64,000 bases of DNA from Rhodothermales bacterium (GTDB taxonomy: Bacteria; Bacteroidota; Rhodothermia; Rhodothermales; VXPQ01). Below, one piece after another: positions 32,545 through 44,733 of the stretch (its first letter is position 1; each line of letters opens with the position of its first letter). Position numbers and translations under genes: made by a program. The stretch covers positions 1 through 64,000 of the forward strand of contig JBBDTI010000084.1 of assembly GCA_040904565.1 (NCBI GenBank). The letters are read 5' to 3'. The notes below the pieces were generated by a model that worked only from the letters and a program-made list of their open reading frames with translations, was not told the DNA's origin and did not search any database.

Positions 32545-35544
32545 AATGACGATAGCCATCGGCGTTTGAATCTCCTTTCCCGGCTCGCCGCCTCCCAGTG
32601 CGAGCGGTATGAGTGCGAGTCCAGCCGTCAGCGCCGTCATCAGAATGGGGTTTAGTCGTTCCATCGAGCCCCGAAAGACGGCTTCTCGCAGCGATTGCCC
32701 CTCACCGAGCAGGTGGGTGTAATGACTGACGAGCAGGATTCCGTTGCGCACGGCGATGCCGAAGAGGGTGATGAAGCCGACGAGCGCGGCCACGTTCAGT
32801 TCGCCGTCTAGGAACAGAACCAGGGCGCCCACGCCGCCGGTCAGTGCGAGCGGCAGGTTGACCATGATGAGCAGGGCCGCGCGGCCGCTCGAAAACTCCT
32901 GGTAGAGAAGCAGGAAAATGAGCGCAACGGCGAGGACGGACAGCAGCGCGATGGTTCGCGTAGCGGTCCGGGCGCTCTCAAACTGGCCGCCGATCTCTAC
33001 GAAGTAGTTTTCCGGCAGATTTACCTGCTCCGACAGGGCCGACTCGATGTCGCCGACGACGCTACCCGCGTCGCGCCCCGCTACGTTCGAGGAGACGACG
33101 AGGGTCCGCTGTACGTTCTCGCGGCTGACGGCGTTTGGCCCCCGTTCCATCTGTACGGTGGCGAGCTCGCCCAGCGGCACCTGCGGCCCGAGCGGGGTGT
33201 CGATGAGGGCCTCGCGGACGTTTTCGAGGCTGCCTCGATGGGCCTCACCGTAGCGTACGACGAGGTCGTAGGTCTCCTGGCCCTCTCGGATCTGTGAGAC
33301 GGCTTCGCCGCCGAAGGCCACGTCGATCGCCTCGGCCAGCCGCCCGGGGGTGACGCCGTACGTCGCCATCGCGGTCCGATCGCCGTAGATGCGCAGCTGG
33401 GGAACGTCGGCCTGCTGTTCGACGGACAGGTCGACGATGCCGGGCACCCCTTCGATCGCCGTGCTGATCTGTTGACCGAGCCGACGCAGCTCGTAGAGGT
33501 CGGGGCCGAAGATCTTCACGGCGATGGCTGCCCGCGTACCAGAGAGCATGTGGTCGATCCGATGCCCGATCGGCTGGCCGATCGTCACGTTTAGCCCGGG
33601 GACGCCCGCGAGTGACGCGCGCAGCTCCTCAAGCACGGTTTCCAGGCTGAAATCGGACAGGTCGAGGCGTACGTCTATCTCGGCGGCGTTAGCGCCCTGT
33701 GCATGCTCGTCGAGCTCGGCGCGGCCGGTACGGCGAGACGTGCCGTCGACGGCCGGATGTTCGAGGAGCAGGCGTTCGACGCGCCGGCCGATCTCGTTCG
33801 CCGTATCGAGCCCCGTTCCCGGCGCCGATATGGCTGATATCACGAGTGTGCCTTCCTGAAACTCGGGTAGAAAACCACTCCCCAGAAACGGAAGGGTGGC
33901 CAGCGTAGCCGCGACGAGGAGGAAGGCGGTCGCAACGACGATGCCCGTCCGTTCGAGGACGACGTCGAGCGTCGCCGCATAGGCTCGCTTGAGCCGCACG
34001 ACGAGCCAGCTTTCGTCCGGATGGTATATGCTCCGCGCAGTCGGCAGTAGATAATAACAGAGCACAGGCGTTACGGTGACTGCAACGATCAGGGAGGCGA
34101 GAATGGAAACGATATAAGCAAAGCCGAGCGGCTGCAGCATGCGCCCTTCCACGCCCGAAAGGAAGAAGAGCGGAATGAATACGATCGCGATGATGAGCGT
34201 CGCGTTGAGGATGGGGCCGCGGACTTCTTTCGAGGCCTCGAAAACGACGTTGAAAGCGGAGCGCCGAATCGACGCGGGCCCCGCCACGTTCTCCTTCAGA
34301 CGTCGAAACACGTTTTCTACATCGATGATGGCGTCGTCGACGAGGGCTCCGATAGCGATGGCCATGCCCCCCAGCGTCATCGTATTGATCGTAATCCCGA
34401 GGAGCTTCATGACGACGAGGGCGACGGAGAGCGAAAGCGGAATGGCCAGCACGGAGATGGCCGTGGTTCGCAGATTCCACAGGAAAAGGAAGAGGATGAG
34501 CACCACGAGGATGGCACCGTCGCGCAAGGCCTCGATCACGTTGTCGACGGCGAGATCGATGAAATTCGCCTGCCGGAAGATGCCCCGGTCGATTTGCATT
34601 CCATCCGGAAGCTGGCGCTGGATGGATGCCAGCTCCTCGTCGATGCGCTCCGTCAGCGCGAGCGTGTTCGCATCAGGCTGTTTCTGGATGGAGAGGATCA
34701 CGGCGGGTTCCGCATCGACGGAGGCCGTGCCGAACCGCGGCGCCGGCCCGACGGCCACCTCGGCGACGTCGCCCAGCAGCACGGGGGTTCCGGCGCGCGT
34801 GGCTACGACGGTCCGGGCGATGTCCTCGACCTGCCGAACGCGTCCGATGCCCCGAATCAGGATTTCGCGGCCGCTATCCTGGTAGATTCCCCCGGCGGCG
34901 TTCTCATTGGAGGTCTCCGCGGCCGTCAGGACCTCGTGAAGCGACACGTCGTAGGCGCGCAGTGCCTCGGGGTCGACCCGCACCTGATACTGTTTGACCT
35001 CGCCGCCGATGGGGATCACTTGAGCGACGCCGTCGAGCGACAACAGCCGCCGCCGGACGACCCAGTCGGCGGCTGATCGAACGGCCATCCGATCGTGCAC
35101 CTCGCTCGTCATGCCGATCAGCATGATCTCTCCCATGATGGACGTGATCGGAGCGAGCACCGGCGGGTCGAGGTCGTTCGGCAGCTGCGCCCCGACGAGC
35201 TGAAGCTTCTCCGAGACGATCTGCCGCGCCCGGAAGATGTCCGTCCCCCAGTCGAACTCCACCCACACGATCGAAATCCCCTGCGCCGACGACGACCGCA
35301 CGCGGCGAACGCCGGACGCGCCGTTGACGGCCGATTCGATGGGAAAGGTCACGAGCGTCTCCACCTCCTCGGGCGCCATGCCGTGCGACTCCGTCAGCAC
35401 GGTCACGGTCGGTGCCGTCAGGTCCGGGAAGACGTCGACCGGCGTCGTGAGTGCGGCCCAGGCCCCCAGAGCCAGCAGCACGGCGGCGCCGAACAGCGTT
35501 ACGACGCGGTTCGCCAGGGCCCATTTGATAGTTCGATTCAACAT
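32443..35544 (-). CDS. CusA/CzcA family heavy-metal efflux RND permease
   Basis: DVFPDL, EEVETLVT.PIE, GALVDDAIIDVEN, RLNPILMTA; 1033 aa. Confidence 0.95.
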   Translation of the reverse strand: MLNRTIKWALANRVVTLFGAAVLLALGAWAALTTPVDVFPDLTAPTVTVLTESHGMAPEEVETLVTFPIESAVNGASGVRRVRSSSAQGISIVWVEFDWGTDIFRARQIVSEKLQLVGAQLPNDLDPPVLAPITSIMGEIMLIGMTSEVHDRMAVRSAADWVVRRRLLSLDGVAQVIPIGGEVKQYQVRVDPEALRAYDVSLHEVLTAAETSNENAAGGIYQDSGREILIRGIGRVRQVEDIARTVVATRAGTPVLLGDVAEVAVGPAPRFGTASVDAEPAVILSIQKQPDANTLALTERIDEELASIQRQLPDGMQIDRGIFRQANFIDLAVDNVIEALRDGAILVVLILFLFLWNLRTTAISVLAIPLSLSVALVVMKLLGITINTMTLGGMAIAIGALVDDAIIDVENVFRRLKENVAGPASIRRSAFNVVFEASKEVRGPILNATLIIAIVFIPLFFLSGVEGRMLQPLGFAYIVSILASLIVAVTVTPVLCYYLLPTARSIYHPDESWLVVRLKRAYAATLDVVLERTGIVVATAFLLVAATLATLPFLGSGFLPEFQEGTLVISAISAPGTGLDTANEIGRRVERLLLEHPAVDGTSRRTGRAELDEHAQGANAAEIDVRLDLSDFSLETVLEELRASLAGVPGLNVTIGQPIGHRIDHMLSGTRAAIAVKIFGPDLYELRRLGQQISTAIEGVPGIVDLSVEQQADVPQLRIYGDRTAMATYGVTPGRLAEAIDVAFGGEAVSQIREGQETYDLVVRYGEAHRGSLENVREALIDTPLGPQVPLGELATVQMERGPNAVSRENVQRTLVVSSNVAGRDAGSVVGDIESALSEQVNLPENYFVEIGGQFESARTATRTIALLSVLAVALIFLLLYQEFSSGRAALLIMVNLPLALTGGVGALVLFLDGELNVAALVGFITLFGIAVRNGILLVSHYTHLLGEGQSLREAVFRGSMERLNPILMTALTAGLALIPLALGGGEPGKEIQTPMAIVILGGLLTSTFLNMVVVPALFLRFGSKHVLDPDAE

Positions 35545-35565
35545 GCCGGGTCGTTCGGTGAAGTG

Positions 35566-37050
35566 CTAATGCGGATGGCCGTGATCGCCGATTTCGGTCG
35601 TCGAAAGCGAGGCCAGGTAGACCTGGTAGGCACCCTCGGTAACGACGTATTCGCCAGCCTCCACGCCGTCGGTCACGATCGTGTGCGTGCCGTCCGAAGG
35701 TCCCACGGCAACCGGTCGGCGTTCGAAGGACTCGCCGCCCAGCTGAACGTAGACGACGGGCCGCCCGTCCTCGGTCATGATCGCGCGACGGGGTACCGCC
35801 ACGCCGTGGACGCGGCCTTCCAACTGCAGATGAGCCCGGACGAACTGACCGATCTTGAGATGCCGGCTCGCGTTGTTGACGGCAAAAGTCAACGGCAGCG
35901 TTCGTGTATCCGGGTCGATTGCACTGCCTGTAGCAACGCGCCTCGACGTCTCATAGCTTGCGTCGTCCCCCTCCGGCGTGAACCGCGCGACCTCGGCTTC
36001 GGCGGCACTCGAGATATTGCGGGCGGGTAGGCGAAGGAGGAGCCATACCTCGCGCGCGTCGACGATTTCGAAAAGCGATTCGCCTGCCTCGACCCGTTGT
36101 CCGGGCGTGAATCGGCGCTGCTGAATGACGCCGCCGATGGGTGCCCGGACGGTATACGTGTAGCCGTCCGCCGTCCCGCTTTCCATCGCGTCGAGCCCGG
36201 CAGTGGCGACCTCGAGGTCGTGGTGGGCTTCGATAAGCCGGACTTCCGGGATGGCTTCGGCATCGAAGAGGCGCTGCAGGCGCTGGACATCGCGCCGCAG
36301 TCGTTCGACGCGCGCTTTTGCGGCGGCGAACGACTGTTCGTCGGTCGACGGCGACAGTACCACGAGGGACTGGCCGGCCGACACGTGCTCTCCGGGAGCC
36401 GGAGCCGATTCGTTCGCTCCGACGAGCGCGAGTCCGCTTACCGGCGCCGACACCTGGGCCACGCGACCTGCGGCGGGGACGATCTCACCTGATACCGCGA
36501 GGCTCCGCGCGATATCGCGTTCTTCGGCACGGGCGACGCCGAACGTCATCGTCCACTGCTGTTCCTTCAGAAACGAGATCGGTGCTCCGTCAGGCTCCTC
36601 CGATAGGGGAATGGCGGATGAATCCGCGAACACCTCGATGGATCCGGCACGAACGCGGTCTTGCAGGCGCGGTCCCTGCACGTCGATCGCCAGCTCGTAG
36701 GTGCCGGGGTCGGGGAGCTCGGGCGACGGCATAAAGATACCGGGCCGGGCCGGTGCGTCGGCCGACGTCGTATAGACCTGGCCGTCGGCTGCTCGAAAGG
36801 CGAGCGTCAGGCGTCCTGCTTCGACGGGGCGGTAGTCCGTCGTCCGCGTCACGTGGACGGCCCACGGTCCGGCCGGCAGGCCGGCGAGCATGGGCGGATA
36901 CTCGAAAAATACTTCCATCGAGTCCGTCCACACGGTAACGGCGGTGCCCGTGCCGTGCTCGTGCGCTTCTTCCGCCGATCCATCCCCATTGTCGCCGCAG
37001 CCGGCGGTAAGGAGAACGGCGCACAGCACGGATAGAAGGTATCGGTTCAT
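35566..37050 (-). CDS. RND efflux periplasmic adaptor, lipoprotein
   Basis: TAGC lipobox; APVSG, APIGG, IDPDTRT, VVTEGAY. Confidence 0.9.
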   Translation of the reverse strand: MNRYLLSVLCAVLLTAGCGDNGDGSAEEAHEHGTGTAVTVWTDSMEVFFEYPPMLAGLPAGPWAVHVTRTTDYRPVEAGRLTLAFRAADGQVYTTSADAPARPGIFMPSPELPDPGTYELAIDVQGPRLQDRVRAGSIEVFADSSAIPLSEEPDGAPISFLKEQQWTMTFGVARAEERDIARSLAVSGEIVPAAGRVAQVSAPVSGLALVGANESAPAPGEHVSAGQSLVVLSPSTDEQSFAAAKARVERLRRDVQRLQRLFDAEAIPEVRLIEAHHDLEVATAGLDAMESGTADGYTYTVRAPIGGVIQQRRFTPGQRVEAGESLFEIVDAREVWLLLRLPARNISSAAEAEVARFTPEGDDASYETSRRVATGSAIDPDTRTLPLTFAVNNASRHLKIGQFVRAHLQLEGRVHGVAVPRRAIMTEDGRPVVYVQLGGESFERRPVAVGPSDGTHTIVTDGVEAGEYVVTEGAYQVYLASLSTTEIGDHGHPH

Positions 37051-37151
37051 TACACGTAGACCTTGTCTGGTAGGGTACCCGAGCCGGCGAGCTGCGGGAC
37101 ACGAGTCCGAAGGGCGACTGACGGAGTGAAGCAGGAAGTATATACGGCCTT

Positions 37152-37439
37152 CTAATGCGTGTGGGTATCCGGTCCATGTTCGTGACCGTCGTCCGGCGCT
37201 TCGGCGTCAACGTCGCCCGCCGCCGATTCCTCCGTACCGAAGAAGGCGCTCGTTGTATCGAGGTACGTACCGGCCGTATCCGCCGGCATGTCGTGCGTGT
37301 GCGTCTCGTCCCCGTGCTCGTGAGGCGCCGGCTCGGCATGGATATGTGCGTCTGCGTGGGATTGCTCGTCGGAATCACCGCACCCCAGCATGGCGGCCGG
37401 GAGGAGCAGCACAAGGAGCAGAATCGATAGCCTGTACAT
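37152..37439 (-). CDS. His-rich small lipoprotein
   Basis: MLGC lipobox; HADAHIH, HEHGDETHTH, HEHGPDTHTH. Confidence 0.75.
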   Translation of the reverse strand: MYRLSILLLVLLLPAAMLGCGDSDEQSHADAHIHAEPAPHEHGDETHTHDMPADTAGTYLDTTSAFFGTEESAAGDVDAEAPDDGHEHGPDTHTH

Positions 37440-37453
37440 TTATTGTAAGTCCG

Positions 37454-38758
37454 TTATTGAAGAGTTGGAAAGCCGTAGGTTTCGATGCGGCCTCCCGCCG
37501 CACGGAGCAGCTCATAGAAGGCGTTGTGAAGGTGCATCCTCATTTCAAGGCGAGAAAGGCGGGCGTCGCTGTAGGCTTCGGCGGCGTCGAGCAGCTCGAC
37601 GAGCGACATCTCGCCCTCGGCGTATCCTACCTGGGCCGCATGCAGCAGGCCGTCCGCATCCCCCAGCAGTCCCTCGCCGATTCGTTCGCTGCGTTCGGCG
37701 AGCGAGGCGTAGCGATCGTACGCACGCCGGACGTCGCGCTCCACGGACGCCTCCGTGAGGGCCCTCCGATGTTCCGCAGTCGATAGTGCGGCACCCCGTG
37801 CCGCTATCGTTCCACTGTTCCGGTCGAAGAGGGGCAGCGGGATGGCCGTCCCGACGAATACGCCCTTGAATCCGTTGCTCTGGCGCTTGTATCCGGCCGT
37901 TAGCGTGGGACTCGGGACGCGCTGCCGGCGTGCCTCCTGGGTGCGTGCGCGAGCGGCCTCGGCCGAGGCTCGAGCCCGAGCGAGGTCGGCCCGGTTCGAA
38001 CGTGCACGGTCGAGGGCGTCATCCAGCGCGACGCGGGACGGAACCGCGGGGAGATCCATTTCAACGTCGAGGCGGGCCGCCTCGATTTCCGGCAAAATGA
38101 GGAGAGCCAGGTCCCGGAGAGCGTCCCGGCGATCCAGGACCGCTTCGGCAAGGCGGTCCTCGTAGCGTGCACGTTCCACGCGAATACGCCGAAGCCGGTA
38201 TCCGGAAGCTTCCCCTTCCGTCGCGAGGCGGACGCTCGCGCTGTCAGCACGGCGGAAGAGATCTACTGCTTCGGAAAGGATGTCGCGCCGCTCCGTAGCG
38301 CCCGCGGCCTCCACGAACGTTCGGACGACTTCGAGAGCGAGTCGCAGGCTGTCGTTCTGCAGGTCGGCCCGAGCGACGGCCGTCATCCCTTTGGCCGCTT
38401 CAATGCGTGCCCGGCGCAGCGCCGGCCATTCGATGCGCTGGCTGAGGTTGACGTAACTCTCGGAAAGGGATTCATCCCCGCGCCAGATGGGTTCGTGGGT
38501 GATGGATGCGGAGGGATTGGGATACGCGGCGGCCTGCCGGGCGAGTCCGGCCATCTCATCGGCCCGTGTACGCGCGGCCCGCAGCTCCATATTATGCTGT
38601 GCGAACAGGTCAAGCGCCTCGCTCAGGGAAACGCGCTGCACCTGTGCCCGAATCTCGAGTGCGGAGACGCACCAGAGAACCATGATGAGGACATAACCGG
38701 TACCGAGACGCAGTCGTGTCCGAGCACGGCCTGTGCGGCGGTGTAAGTGGTTCGGCAC
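37454..38758 (-). CDS. TolC/CzcC family outer-membrane efflux protein
   Basis: YPNP, PLPLFDRNSG, GY.EGEMSLVELLDA. Confidence 0.9.
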   Translation of the reverse strand: MPNHLHRRTGRARTRLRLGTGYVLIMVLWCVSALEIRAQVQRVSLSEALDLFAQHNMELRAARTRADEMAGLARQAAAYPNPSASITHEPIWRGDESLSESYVNLSQRIEWPALRRARIEAAKGMTAVARADLQNDSLRLALEVVRTFVEAAGATERRDILSEAVDLFRRADSASVRLATEGEASGYRLRRIRVERARYEDRLAEAVLDRRDALRDLALLILPEIEAARLDVEMDLPAVPSRVALDDALDRARSNRADLARARASAEAARARTQEARRQRVPSPTLTAGYKRQSNGFKGVFVGTAIPLPLFDRNSGTIAARGAALSTAEHRRALTEASVERDVRRAYDRYASLAERSERIGEGLLGDADGLLHAAQVGYAEGEMSLVELLDAAEAYSDARLSRLEMRMHLHNAFYELLRAAGGRIETYGFPTLQ

Positions 38759-38926
38759 TTCTGAGATCTTCTCGTATGGAGCGGCCGTTACAGTATTATC
38801 GGGTACGATGGGCGCAGGGTTCGCGCCGGTCGCGCGCAGATTGTCAACGGGCCCGACATAGGAGAACCCTGCGTTGGGGTCCCTTTACATGCATTAGGGT
38901 CCATTCAGCAGTATACGGAAGCCCCC

Positions 38927-38964
38927 CTTTAGCCTGCCTTTTACCTTTCTTTAGAATTTTTAAG
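38927..38964. promoter_or_regulatory. 11-bp-period direct repeats, candidate OmpR-family regulator boxes
   Basis: CTTTAG 38927, CTTTTA 38938, CTTTAG 38949, TTAAG 38960. Confidence 0.4.
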
Positions 38965-38973
38965 GTTGATCTT

Positions 38974-39708
38974 ATGGCTCCGAGTGGTGACAGACCGACC
39001 GTCCTCCTCGTGGAGGACGAGCGGAGTCTCGCCGAGCCCGTTCAACGCGGCCTCCAGGAAGAAGGCTATGCCGTCGACGTAGCCGCGGACGGCCGAGATG
39101 GATTGATGCGGGCGCTCGCTGAAGACTACGACGTGCTCATCGTCGACTGGCGCCTGCCGCGGCTCGACGGTCGAACGCTCATCGAACGGCTGCGTGGCGC
39201 GAATCGACGTATGCCCATCCTGATGCTGACGGCCCGGCGCGACGTGGGGGACCGCGTGGCCGGGCTCGACGCGGGGGCTGACGATTACCTCACCAAGCCC
39301 TTCTCCTTCGAGGAGCTCCTGGCACGGCTCCGCGCGCTTCACCGGCGGGCGGATGCGTACGATCGGTCCACCGACGCGTTGAGAGCCGATCTCGTGGCCG
39401 GACCGCTTCGAATGGACGTGGCGCGCCGGACGGCGTGGCTGGGGGAGCAGGAACTGGAGCTGAGGACCAAAGAATTTCGGCTGCTCGAGCTTCTTATACG
39501 TCGTTCGGACGAGGTCGTCACCAGAACGGTAATCGCGGAGCGGGTATGGGGTTCGGCGTTCGATGTCACGGACAATGCCATCGACGTGACCGTATCGACG
39601 CTGCGAAGCCGGTTAAACGGATCGACGGATCCAGGAGGCGCGGTGCGGATCGAGACGGTCCGCGGTGTCGGGTATCGTCTCATTGCAGATCACGGGTCGG
39701 AGGAGTAG
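38974..39708 (+). CDS. OmpR-family response regulator (CusR/CzcR-like)
   Basis: LLVEDE, D..LPRLDG, GADDYLTKPF, IETVRGVGY; start moved to ATG 38974. Confidence 0.93.
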   Translation: MAPSGDRPTVLLVEDERSLAEPVQRGLQEEGYAVDVAADGRDGLMRALAEDYDVLIVDWRLPRLDGRTLIERLRGANRRMPILMLTARRDVGDRVAGLDAGADDYLTKPFSFEELLARLRALHRRADAYDRSTDALRADLVAGPLRMDVARRTAWLGEQELELRTKEFRLLELLIRRSDEVVTRTVIAERVWGSAFDVTDNAIDVTVSTLRSRLNGSTDPGGAVRIETVRGVGYRLIADHGSEE

Positions 39709-41115
39709 ATGATGACGTATCCCTTTCAGCAGTTCTCCATCTCGACGCGGCTCGCGGTCTGGTATGGACTCAGTTTCCTGCTCATGCTCTCGGTGTTCGT
39801 CGTCTTTCTGTACGCCAGCTTTCATCTCAGTCTCCATCACGATTTCAACGATCAGATGCAGGCGGACACGGAGCGAACGCTCGAGATGGTTTCCGGCAGC
39901 AGTAATGAGCCGCGGCTGGTGTCTGACGATGCGTTGTCCAGCGGCGCCTACACGATGGACGGCAGCGCGGGCACCTACGTTCGGGTTCTCTCATCGGATG
40001 GCGAGGTACTGCATCGCAGTGCCAACTTCCCGGCCGCGGCCTCCTTTTCGCCGCGTCCGCCGGCTGGAACGCTGGAGAGTAATCGAGGGCACTCGTGGCA
40101 GGGCGCGCCGGCACGCTCCACGTATGCGTCGGTGCGCGGACCGGATGGGTCGGCCGTCGGCTGGGTGGAGATCACGCGCCTGGAGTCCGCCGTACACCGC
40201 GAGCTGCATCGGTTGGGATGGCTTCTCGCCGTTGGGATCGTCCTCGGCACGGGCGTGGCGGCCGTGGCAGGTCATCGCCTGGCGCGCCGTGCGCTTCGGC
40301 CGGTTACGGACATCACGCAGGCCGCGCGTCGAATCGAGGCGGAAGATCTGCGGCAGCGGCTCCCGACGGAATTCGGGGTGCACGACGAGCTTACGGAGCT
40401 GGCCGAGACATTGAACGGCCTGCTCGAGCGGCTGGATGCGTCATTCACTCGTGAGCGCCGTTTTCGGGCGGACGCGGCACACGAGATGTTCACGCCGCTC
40501 TCGGCCATACAGAGCGAGACGGACGTAGCGCTGCGGATGGACCGGAGTCCACCTGCCTACCGGCAGTCCCTGGAAGCGGTCCGGCGGCACGCCGGCCGCA
40601 TGAGTACCATCGTGGAGGATCTCCTGGAACTATCGCGTGCGGAGGCGCTGCGGGTAGACGAGGTCGGCCCGGTGGACGTCGGCCGGGCTGTCGCCGGCGT
40701 CGTCGACGAGTTCCAGGGGCGGGCGGCGGAACGCGGCATTGCGCTCCGAATCCGGACGGATTCGGGCGTCGAGGCGCGAATCAGTCCGAGCGATCTCGTG
40801 AGCGTCGTTACAAACCTCATCGACAACGCGATCAAGTATACTCCCGAAAAGGGTTGCGTGGAGGCGGCTGTTCGTCTGGAGGGGCGCCATGCCGTCGTCC
40901 GCGTCAAGGATACGGGCAGGGGGCTATCCGGCGGGCAGAAAGAGCAGTTGTTCGATCGGTTCTACAGGGCAGGTAACGGCAAGGACGTACGCGGGAGCGG
41001 ACTCGGTCTGTCTATCGCGCAGGCCATCGTAGCTGCGTACGGCGGCACGCTGGACGCCGAGAGCAGCGGTGCCGGCGAAGGGAGTACCTTTACCGTACGG
41101 CTGCCGAGGGCCTGA
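39709..41115 (+). CDS. HAMP sensor histidine kinase (heavy-metal sensor type)
   Basis: Two TM helices, HAMP, DAAHEMFTPL H-box, NLIDNAIKY, D.G.G, GSGLGL. Confidence 0.93.
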   Translation: MMTYPFQQFSISTRLAVWYGLSFLLMLSVFVVFLYASFHLSLHHDFNDQMQADTERTLEMVSGSSNEPRLVSDDALSSGAYTMDGSAGTYVRVLSSDGEVLHRSANFPAAASFSPRPPAGTLESNRGHSWQGAPARSTYASVRGPDGSAVGWVEITRLESAVHRELHRLGWLLAVGIVLGTGVAAVAGHRLARRALRPVTDITQAARRIEAEDLRQRLPTEFGVHDELTELAETLNGLLERLDASFTRERRFRADAAHEMFTPLSAIQSETDVALRMDRSPPAYRQSLEAVRRHAGRMSTIVEDLLELSRAEALRVDEVGPVDVGRAVAGVVDEFQGRAAERGIALRIRTDSGVEARISPSDLVSVVTNLIDNAIKYTPEKGCVEAAVRLEGRHAVVRVKDTGRGLSGGQKEQLFDRFYRAGNGKDVRGSGLGLSIAQAIVAAYGGTLDAESSGAGEGSTFTVRLPRA

Positions 41116-41133
41116 GCAGCAGGCCCGTAGTAC

Positions 41134-41679
41134 CTACGCCGCCACCGGCTTCAGCAGCGCGCGCACGCCGAAGGGCATGCGCCGGTCGCGCTCCGTCCAT
41201 TCCAGGTGCGGATCGGCATCGGGAAACGACGCCCCCAGCGCGGACTCCAGCGAATCTCTTAGGAGATCGAGCGATGCGGCCTCGTTCGGGACCTGGAGCC
41301 GGTCCAGGAAGATCACCTCGATCTCGTTCCGGTCGAACGTAAGGTCGGTCTCGTCTTCCAACCGGTCGGCGGCCTGCAGCACCTGGCCCAGGGCCAGCCC
41401 AATCGCTTCGGCGGTATCCTCCGGGACGTCTCGCTTGCGCGTGTAGATGAGCCCTGGACGTCCGTAGGCGAGGTCTATGCCGTAGTCCGCCTCGTGGGCG
41501 ATCAGCATGACGCCCGGCCCGTCGGGGACGTGGGCGTAGTTGGCCACGTCGATCAGGAGCTCTTCAAAGGCCTGCTCCTGGATCCACGAGTGAAAGACCG
41601 GGATCAGGGCTTCCATGTCGAGCTCTTCCGGGTTCTCGAGGAAGAGCTTGGCCTGAATGCGGTGAAGTTGCATCGTCAT
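41134..41679 (-). CDS. Hypothetical protein, likely cotranscribed with the sulfite reductase
   Basis: Starts 4 bp after the reductase stop; VFHSWIQ...LIDVANYAHVPDGPGVMLIAHEADY. Confidence 0.75.
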   Translation of the reverse strand: MTMQLHRIQAKLFLENPEELDMEALIPVFHSWIQEQAFEELLIDVANYAHVPDGPGVMLIAHEADYGIDLAYGRPGLIYTRKRDVPEDTAEAIGLALGQVLQAADRLEDETDLTFDRNEIEVIFLDRLQVPNEAASLDLLRDSLESALGASFPDADPHLEWTERDRRMPFGVRALLKPVAA

Positions 41680-41683
41680 GGTA

Positions 41684-44176
<2,493 letters not shown>

Positions 44177-44210
44177 AATGGTATCGGGGGATACGTATTG
44201 GGGGTATAAC

Positions 44211-44245
44211 AAAAAAAGCCCACCTGCCGCGCGGGCAAGTGGGCT
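44211..44245 (-). terminator. Intrinsic terminator (attenuator) upstream of the sulfite reductase
   Basis: mRNA AGCCCACUUGCC-CGCGC-GGCAGGUGGGCU running into a U7 tract. Confidence 0.9.
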
Positions 44246-44279
44246 CTCGGAATGTGGATACGATAATCTCGATCCGGAG

Positions 44280-44405
44280 CTAAGAGGACCTCCGTTTGAA
44301 GCCATCCCCTACCACTGGCACGCACGGCGCGCAGGCGTTCGAACAGCAACAACAACAGGCTGCCGTCGGCATGTAAGGGATACGAATCACGATCATCGGC
44401 ATCAT
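44280..44405 (-). CDS. Poly-cysteine leader peptide
   Basis: MMPMIVIRIPYMPTAACCCCCSNACAPCVPVVGDGFKRRSS*; alternative starts at 44402, 44396 and 44372. Confidence 0.85.
   Translation of the reverse strand: MMPMIVIRIPYMPTAACCCCCSNACAPCVPVVGDGFKRRSS
44312..44328 (-). promoter_or_regulatory. Antiterminator strand of the cysteine attenuator
   Basis: mRNA GCCGUGCGUGCCAGUGG pairs 15/17 (including one GU) with CCACUUGCCCGCGCGGC (44226-44242) of the terminator. Confidence 0.8.
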
Positions 44406-44733
44406 TTCGAGAATTATCACTTACGCTACGATCAGGCCACGGGAAAGTTCACGATGAAGTTCACGGCGCGGATCGTGCTGTTCTGAAAAGTAGCCATCGG
44501 GGCGCCAACAGCGCAAGTCTTCACTTGCCGCCGTGCACGCCTGAGACTCGGTGCCCGTACGGGGAGGCCCCTTCCGCACACCCTGGCGGGGTGCGTACCT
44601 CTTCGGCGTAACGCGGCGACGCCGAGCGGCACATAATCATCGCCGACCATCGGGATAAAGACGGCGTGCCGCGGCCCGTCCGCGTATGGTCGATGGAGGG
44701 TCGGGGCAATCATGCGTTCGCGCGAGGGGAGAA

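Noticed and set aside
44177-44305. 43-aa N-terminal extension of the reductase in the ORF track
   Set aside because: It runs through the terminator hairpin and U-tract and overlaps the leader peptide; ATG 44176 is the more plausible start
44200-44420. SAM riboswitch or T-box upstream of the sulfur gene
   Set aside because: No SAM-I core or T-box UGGNACC motif seen; the leader peptide and antiterminator explain the region
44551-44632. Possible multi-hairpin RNA (GTGCC...GGCAC closing several stems)
   Set aside because: Short GC stems are expected by chance at this GC content; it matches no family I recognise and needs covariation evidence
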